Below, piece after piece: positions 17,101 to 26,100 of a stretch of DNA of 64,000 bases (position 1 is its first letter; every line of letters starts with the position of its first letter). The notes beneath the pieces were generated by a model, which saw only the letters and a list, made by a program, of their open reading frames with translations, searched no databases and had not been told where the DNA came from. Both the position numbers and the translations under genes were made by a program. The stretch comes from Candidatus Micrarchaeota archaeon (GTDB lineage Archaea; Micrarchaeota; Micrarchaeia; Anstonellales; Bilamarchaeaceae). The stretch lies in NCBI GenBank assembly GCA_043821365.1, contig JBDRCX010000006.1, positions 519,417 through 583,416 on the forward strand, given 5' to 3'.

Positions 17101-20100
17101 ATGAAATTTTCCCAACTTCCATATCTTTCAATAATCGATTCAAATGTTTGGTCCACACCAACACGGCTCCACTGCTTCATGGCACCCATTATGTCATCTG
17201 CATTGGCCTTCCCTTCAAATACGGCTCTAACCTCTTGATCGCTTGAACCTCTATAAAATTCTACAAATCTTCTAAACAATTCTTCATGATTGCCTCTCAA
17301 TGCATGCACCCTAGTTCCTGTTTGCCCACCATCTGATTTCATCTGGCTTACTAATTCCACAACATCTACGCTTGTTGGTCCACGATCAATATAATCTCCC
17401 ATAAAAACAATCTGGCTTCCTTCTGGTAAATCTGGGTTTAGTCTATACCTCTTGGCAGGTGGAACATATCTTGGATCAGTTTTTGGCAATGTTCTTGGTA
17501 TCCCTTCCATAGTGTCAATTAAGATTCCTTGTCTAAGGAATTGGTCAACAACACCATAAACATCTCCATGCACATCACCAATTGCTATTACCTGACGTGC
17601 ATTTTGGATTACATCAACATAAGCACCTTGTTTCATGGTTGGTGGTGAACTTTCTATTGCTTCAAGGACTGTTCCATATCTATCTGCTATTGCAATTGCT
17701 TCATCTAAACTCCCAGTTCTAATTGCTTCTTGGTACGTTGCATCACTACCAAGTTGTTCAGCAAGCATTCTTTCGTTTGCAGTTCCTAATTTACTATCTT
17801 CAGCAATTAAATGAAGGCGGCGTCCTAATTTTGTACTTTCTGGTATCCTTTTTCCAAGTTGTTGTTCTTGTACTGCTAATTCTACTTCTCTTTCTTGTTG
17901 TCTAACTCTATACCTATATGCATGGTCTGGTTCACCAGTTCTTTTTTGTACTGGTGCTAATCTCGGTGCATCATCAACTATTGCAAGTGACATTCCGTCT
18001 GGTGATCTTGTTATTGCCTGGCGCCTTATTTCAAATGTTCTACCCTCGGTTAATACAAAGTCTTGAAATGCTTCAAGCATATCAGCTCCACGTGGTTCTG
18101 GTAATCTCCTAAGTTTAATTACAAGATCCTCTACTTTCCGTAATTGTGGATTTTTTCTTATTACTTCAGTAATGTCCCTAAGTTTACCAAGCCCTAATCT
18201 TGTTAATGTATCATCATTACCTATTGCCATTGCAGCAATAATCGCATCTGCACTATCATAATTTTCTGAACCCCACAACATCCTCAAGCGTCCATTTGAT
18301 ATTGATGCCATTGCATCTGCAAAGTTTGCGTTTTCAATTGGTACTGCTCCTTGTTTTTGTACACTCATTTTTACTCCTGCACTATGTAATTGTTCATCGA
18401 TAACTCTTGCCATCACAGTTGCATCAGCAGGTGTTCCGCCTTCAATCACATATTTCATTGTTCCTAAACGTCTTACTGTGACACCGTGTTCTGTTGCATA
18501 TCTTGCAACTGCAGCTTCTACAGTACTAACAAGGTAATTTGCACCATCATGGCCAAGGAATGTATTGAATCCACGCAAACCAAATGCATTTCTTTCTACT
18601 TCTGCATATCCTTTTCCTGTTATCTCTAAGTATGGTGTTTCAACTGTTCTTTCTACTCCTGGAAGTCTTCCTCCTATATCAACATAAGCTTGATTATCAT
18701 CTATTTGGAGCCTTACTTCAAATGCAGTTCCGCTAACTGTTTCTCCATCTCCAACCTGCCCTATTGATTCTGATAGTTTCCATCCAACTCCTGTTCTTAC
18801 CCCTAATCTTTCTCTAAGTGATGGTGCAAAACTCAAAGAACCATCTTCTTCTGCTCTAGTTATTAGCCCTTCTAAAAACCCTATTCTGCTTTCAGAACGC
18901 TGCAACATGGCATCGCTTCCATCAGCATGTACTGCAACTGCTCTTCCGTCTTCTGCTCTTCCAACTGTTACTGGTCTGCTAATATCATATGATGCTTCAA
19001 TTAATCTAAGTGGGTCTGTCATTAATGAAAGTGAATATCTTAATCTTCCAGAACCATCTGATGCCGTGCTAATTCTTTGGAATTCAGCATCAGTAACTGC
19101 TCTCATTTCTTGTCCTAGTCTTGTTCTAACGTCTTCTCCTTTTCCTTTTGGTACTATTATGATTCCTACTGCTTCATCCCCACCTCCACTTGGTGGGCGT
19201 ATTATGTGTGCAGTTTGTTCTTGACTATCCCCAATGATCCTTCTTACTGCTCCTTGTATTATGTCTTGATAAACTCCAAGAGCTTGATCCCCAACTTCTT
19301 CTCCAAACATTTTATTGATCTGACTTAGTGATTTTTTATCTGGTCGTATTACGATGACATCCATTTCTTGTCCTTGCATTGCGTCCGACAGAATCACATC
19401 TTCGATTGATCTAACCATTCTTCCAATTGAAACTTCTTCGCCAGCAACAGCTTCATGTCCAATCAACCATTCGGGTTGCCCTGTTCGTACTAACTCACCA
19501 TCAATCAACTCAACTCCTGCACGTCTGAGAACATGTCCAACTACATCATCAGTTTTGAAAAGTTCGCGACTAGGTCGCAATCTTACAAATTCACCTGCTT
19601 CAATTGATTCTGGTTCAACTACTGGTGCCCTAGTTTCTGGTTCAACTACTTTTGTTTCTGGTCCTCTTGTTCTACGTCCTTTGCTAATAGGAGTAGGTTC
19701 AATACCCTCTGCTCCAACAGCAATTGGCATCGCTGTTTCAGTAACTCTTGCTTGTGCACCTACTTTTCTTGGGTGCCCAACCATAAGTTTTATCACAATT
19801 GTTGGGCTCCCTTCTATATCTTGAGATACTGCAAAACATCTTGCTTTTGCTTCTGGTGTATCTGGTATCTCACCACGTATGGCTGCTTGATCAACAAGAT
19901 CTTCAAATTTTATTTCTGCTACTGGTCTTCCTGTTCTTTTTGATGCTTCTAAAACAATTTCTGATGTTTCAAAGCCAGCCATTCTTCGTAATGCTTTCAA
20001 ATTCTTTCCTGGTTTTGTTGGGCTGAGTTCTCCTCTTTGTATCCCACTGCCCATTGCTATTTTTGCTTCTTCAAATAATGTGAATTCACCTTCATATTTT

Positions 20101-23100
20101 CTTACCAAATGAGCAGGTCTTCCTGAAACTAGTGAGTAAGTATCTTCAGATGTTGTTAATCTTCTTACTAATGAATGTATTGCAGTTCTTCCTGCTTGTC
20201 CTTCTTGAGTTGCACCAAACAATCCAATTCTTAGTTCTCCTCTTGGTGTTCTGCTTGCAGTTGCAAATGCAACTATTCTTCCACCCTCTCTTGCTACAAA
20301 CCAAATTGGTGTTACTTCTGTAAATAATTTTTCAGGATTACTATAATGTAAGTCTGCAGCACCATAAGCTTCATCATAAAGTCTTTTTATCTCAGGCCAA
20401 GCTGCTGCTCGTTCTTGTTCAGTTATTTCAGACCATGGTCTTTTACCATCAACTTCAATATCAGTAATTGCTCTTTTTCTTTCAACAAATTCCTGGCTTT
20501 CATCATGCCTAACTGGTTCAAGTGTTCGTAATTTTGCAGCCAATTTTTCAGTTCCTTGCTCAATTCTTGTTGCAAATTCCTCTAGTTGTTTTGCTCTTGC
20601 TGTTTCTCCTGCCTCGCGTAAAACCTTTGCTTCACCTCTGAATCTACTTACATTTGCTTTTCTTCTTGTTATAGTTTCTCTTAGATTCTCTACTGTTACT
20701 GGTCTTTCTAGTAATCGTTGTTCTTCAGACATTGCCCTTATTACTATAGCTTCTGGTTGCCTTGCTATTTCTGGTATTTTCATTGCTGCATCAAGACCAA
20801 ATTCCAACTGTCTTGCTCTGCTTTTTCGATTAGCTAAATATTCAGGATTTAATGCAAGTTCCATTGCATGCCTCTGAACTTTTTCAGGTTGCCCTCTAAG
20901 TGCTTCTGCCACAAATGCTCTTTTTTGTTCTGGGGGCAATGAAGCAAATTCTGGATTATTAAGAATTCTCTCTGCACTACTTACAATTCTCAGTGCAGTA
21001 TCAACATGTTCAGAAGAATAAGTTTTTTGTTCTTCTCCTCTCCCTAATCTATATGTTGTTCCATCTTCACCGGGTTCTATGAATCTACTTTTTAATTGTG
21101 CATGCAAAACTTGTTCTGCTGCTCTTTCACGACGTTCCCGCATTTCTGTTGTTCTATCTACAGGGGCATCTTGTTCTGCATCGTGGGGATGTCCTCCTGG
21201 TATCTCAGCTTCTGGAGGATTAAGGAAATATACTTCGGCTTCTGCCAAAAATTTCTCAGTTGCTGCAGCACCTAGTGGTCTAAATTCAGTTCTTCCGCCA
21301 ACTTTTCTTGTTGGTATTCTATCCATGAATACCAATCCTTCTTCTGGTGTAAGACTTCTTCCTAATCGCAATTCCATCTGGCCATACAAAGTTTTTTGTG
21401 TCTCACCAAGTTGGCCGAATCTTTTTCCATGTTGGGCTCTTAGTGCGGTTGTCTCTGCAAGGCTCATTGTATGAACGGTTTCTCCAGTCAGGCCAGTCAT
21501 CACTCCTCTGAAAATTTTTGCTCCTCTTGTGTCTTGGGATGTTCCAGCAACTCTCCATGCTCTTGCAGTTCTTGTTGGTGCAACATGCGCTCCAACTGGT
21601 GCTGTTGCTTGTACTACACCAAGTACACCAGTTGTAAAGAATTCTAATCCACCTATATCTCCATGTATCCATGCTTTTCCAGATTCATAGGCTCCATAAC
21701 CTGCCATTCCAAGGCCGCCTGCCATTAGCCCCCCACCAAGGACGGTGATTCCTCTCCCACCAGTTCCCATCATACTACTAAACATTGTCACTCTGCCAAC
21801 TGCAAGAGATTCATTTGCAATTCCACTTAAACTACCAAGTGCTGCACCACCAAAACCCAAAACAACTCCACCTACTCCAAGTACTTGTTCTGCTGTACCC
21901 ATCTGCGAAAATCCACCTGATCTTCGGCTATTTTCTGCTAGATCATGAAGTGCCTTTGTTCCAAATCCAACACCAACAACTGCTCCAAAACCAGTTGCAG
22001 TAAGTCCTAGTGCAAGAGTAAGTTCAACTCCTGCCTGTATCCCTCTTGCAGTACTTTCAGAACTCTGGCCTTCTTTTAAAAGGCGGCCATAGTCTGTATC
22101 ATATTGTCCTGCAAAATCTGATGTTTCTGCATACAATCCTTGAATGTATTCATCAGTAGCTGGTTTTCCACCTTGTAATCTATTCTGCAAAACTCCATTT
22201 ATAACTTCTAAATCATGATCTGCATAAGTAGCTACAACATCATACATTTGTTTTCTTTCACTATATGACCAAATTGTTGTAAGTCCAAGATGAACTCCGA
22301 AATAATCGCCAAGCAATTGGCTTATACCTTTTATGTCTTTTGTCCCTGTTGCATGCGCAAGAACAACTTTGTGTTCTTCTGGTGTGAGGCGTACCTGGGT
22401 CCATCCATCATCTTCGTCCCAGGCTATTCCCATTTTTGCAAATGTTGCAGTTGTGTATAAGTCAGCTAATTTTATTGGTTCGCGATGTGCTGCAAGAGCA
22501 AACCTGTCTCCTTCAACATGTTTAAATCCAACAGAATATGTTTGTAGCGAATCTAGATATCCATGCATGGCAGCGTATAATGCATGTGGAATGTCATCAT
22601 AATCAGCACCGGCACTAATTTTAGCATCATCATAAACTCCGTCTCGGTCTCTTATCTTTACCTCTATTGCCGGTAGACTGACCTGCCCCCCGCTTAATAT
22701 TTTGCGTGTGATTCCTTCAGGATCAGATGCAGCTGCTCTTCCAATTTGGAGTAAGTCTGCTGCTCTCCATCTTAGATTCATGTTAAAAGGGCTGTAACCA
22801 TGGGTTCTTACGTACTGGTCAACATTATCAAATAGCATTATTGAATCTTCCAAACAACTCATGGCAAGTTGAGCACCAGCATTGAATTGATCCACTCGTG
22901 TACTAATTCTACTAAACTCAAGATCAGCTGTTAATTGTGCATGCAATCCGGGTCTTATCTGATCATGTTCTTGAAGATAAGCCAACCCCTTTCTCATTGG
23001 TGTGCCATCTTCTACCATTTCTTCATAAACTGCCTGGCCTCCTTTTTCTATTCTTCTTTGATTATATATCCTACCATTAAATCCATTTGTGGCTTGATAT

Positions 23101-26100
23101 ATCCCCCATATCAAATCCCTACTATATTCTGGTTTGAATGTATCTGCATATCCTTCTGTTAACATTACATCAATTGATGTTCCAAGCACTCTTGAGGTTT
23201 GTACTAAATCTTCTCTGACTTCTTTTGCATTTCCTGCAAGGGCTCTTGTTATTCCTGTGGCAAGTACAGCATCCAAAACTTGCTGGTGTGCTCCTATTGC
23301 TGCATAATCTATTTTTTCATCACCTTGTGGTATCTCTTGTGGTTTTCCAAATTCGCCTAAGTTGTGTTCAAGTCTTGTAAGTTCAACTTCTCGTTGTCTT
23401 AAGTATTCCATCTGACTAAGTCTTTGCATTCCTACCTGGTAGACTGAAGCAAAACTAGCAAAACGTTGATTGGTTTCATCGATTGTTCCGTCCAGTTCTC
23501 CTGAACCTACTCCTCCACGGCTTAGTTCTGCAATATCACCATCAATTAGATGAACAACCTCAGCAGTCTGAAGTCTTAAGTGATGAGCAGTATCAGATAA
23601 TTCACTTGCGTGATGGACTATTATTTCTCCTATTTCTCCCTCTTTCATCTCACCGTGTGTTCTTTCGATTTTATCTTCCATACTAGCTAATCTTCCTGCA
23701 TTCACTTCCAAACCAGTTTTTTGATACATTCTTCTAATCATTAACGGTTGGTTTGCTGTAAATTGATCTAGTTGTATTCTAACGTATTCAAGTTGTTGAT
23801 CTATTGATTCAGGTGTACTTGTTCCGTTCACCATTCTATCAATTTCATCATCAACTTTTCCTGCAGCTGCATCAAGCTCTGCTGCTAAAGTTGCCGCACC
23901 ACTTGCAATAATTTGCCGTGATTCTTGTGTTCTCTCTTTTGTTTCTGGTTCCATTCCCTTTCCTTCGGTGGTGTCTGCATATTGTTGCATTAATGCTTCT
24001 GCCTGTCTTTCAAATGATCCTCTTTCCAACAATAACATCTGTGATTGCTGTGCAAACTCAACTCTTTTTGGGAATGTTGCAAGTCTTAGTTCAACTTCCC
24101 TAAAGTTTCCTGTGGCCCTGGTCATATCAATGCTATAAACTTCTTCCATAAGGCCACGGTAATCAAATCCCACAACTACTGGTTCACCATCATTGCCAGT
24201 TTTTATCTCAGTTCTTAATACCTCTCCATCTCTTTGGCTGTCATCAGCCATATCAAATAACATTGCATGTTGCTGGTGAATGTCTACTTTTCTCTGATCT
24301 AATTGAATTCCAAAAACCGCACTTTTCAATGTTTTCTGAGCGTGTCCAAATCTTTCTCTTCTTGCATATCTTTTCGCAAGTTCAAGTTCTTGCATTCTTG
24401 CCTGTGTATCAAGTAAAGGAGTGCCTGCTTCTATTGTTGCACCAGCATGTTCTACAGTTGCTGCTAAGGTTATCGCACCCTCTTCTCTCCCGCTTCCATG
24501 TTGCTGGTCAAGTTCTCTAAGTCTTGCTTGTTCTGCTTCTATGCTTTTTACAAAACGTGCAACAGTATGCTGTATCTGTCTTTCTCTTCCAACTTTGGCC
24601 CCTCCTTCTAACATAGTATATGATGCACCTGCAATCATCCTACGTTGAGTGTCATCAAGTTCTGGCTCTTCAATTTTGGATAACTCAAGTAATATTTGTG
24701 CAGCTTCATCATACTCTTTTCTCCCTCGGTATCTGTGTATTGTTCTTATTGTTGTTATGCTTGAATGAAGTTGCAATAATGCCTGTTGGCCTTGTTGGGA
24801 AAGATAAATCATTCTCAATCCTTTTTGTTCTAAAACATCTGCTTCTGGTGTGCCTGCTTTCCTCATTGTTCTTGCTTGTTGGACTAGTTCAAGTCCCCTT
24901 GAATAACTGGTACTAAATCCTTCTGCCATTGTTGTTATCCTTTCGTAATCTATCCTCTCAGCTTCTTGGGTCTGTATATCTGCTTCCAGTATCCTTCCTG
25001 CTTTTTCAGCAACTGTGGCTTTCCTTTCGTGGTAACCACTTTGTGCTGTATAAGTAGCACCAATCCTTGTTTGTTGTGTTGGTGTTGTTCCAATTATTTT
25101 AGAACCAGTTCGCTGGAATTCAAGTAGCATTAATCGACTATCATGTTCCTGCTGTATACTTTCAAGTGAAGCAATTCGTTTTGTATCACCAACTGGCAGA
25201 AGTGCTACTAGTTTTTCATCTTCAGAAGAATTAATTGTATTTATGAAACTATTTCCACTGATCAAAGCAGTTCCTAATGGTCCAGATAGTGTTGTTGGTA
25301 CAAACCTTTGTGGATTTCCCTCTTCTAAAAGCATATCAAGTATCCGGTGGTCACCAAGTGCAGTACTACCCCTATAATCGCCAAGAACAGTCCTTACAAA
25401 TTCTGGTATTTCCTTCTCACCTGGCTGCTTTGCTGCTCTACAATAAAGATCAGCAAGATCTCTTACTCTTTCTGCCCCTTCAACATCCCCTCTTGCAAAC
25501 AAAACCTCTGCTGCATCATAGTATGCTTGTATGTTCCTTCGTACACTAGAGCTTGGTATCCCTTCCATTCCCTTTTGTTTTCTTAGTTCTGCCTCGAGTA
25601 TCCATCTGACTTTTTCTACAGGTAGACTTTCAATTTCCATTCTTGTTATCTCATCTGCTATGGTTGCTACATCTCTGTCATTTATTGGTCTCGAGCATGC
25701 ATTTGCTCCAAGGATATATACAAGAAATTCTTCTTGCGATTTATCCCCTTCTATTGCATCCTGTGCTCTATGTAAGATGTCTATTGTTCCGTAGAAGGCC
25801 AAATCTCTTGCTTTGCCTGTGATATCAGCTACGTTGCCAAGTGTTCTCAAGGAAGGGTCCAATGTATGGATTCCATCTCCGGCTACAAATGATGCAATCT
25901 GTTCTGGCTTTCCAAGGTAAAGTATTTGCATTCTTCCATACGCTGTTCTTTCTTTATCAGTTAATTCTTCACCATTTGCAATCTTTTCAAGTAACCTGTC
26001 CATATACTCTATCGGGCGACTGTACAAATCAGTAAGATCAATCTGTTTTTTCTGTCTTGCAGTTTCATGTAACTCAAGAATTGCAAGTTGTGTTTTGGTT

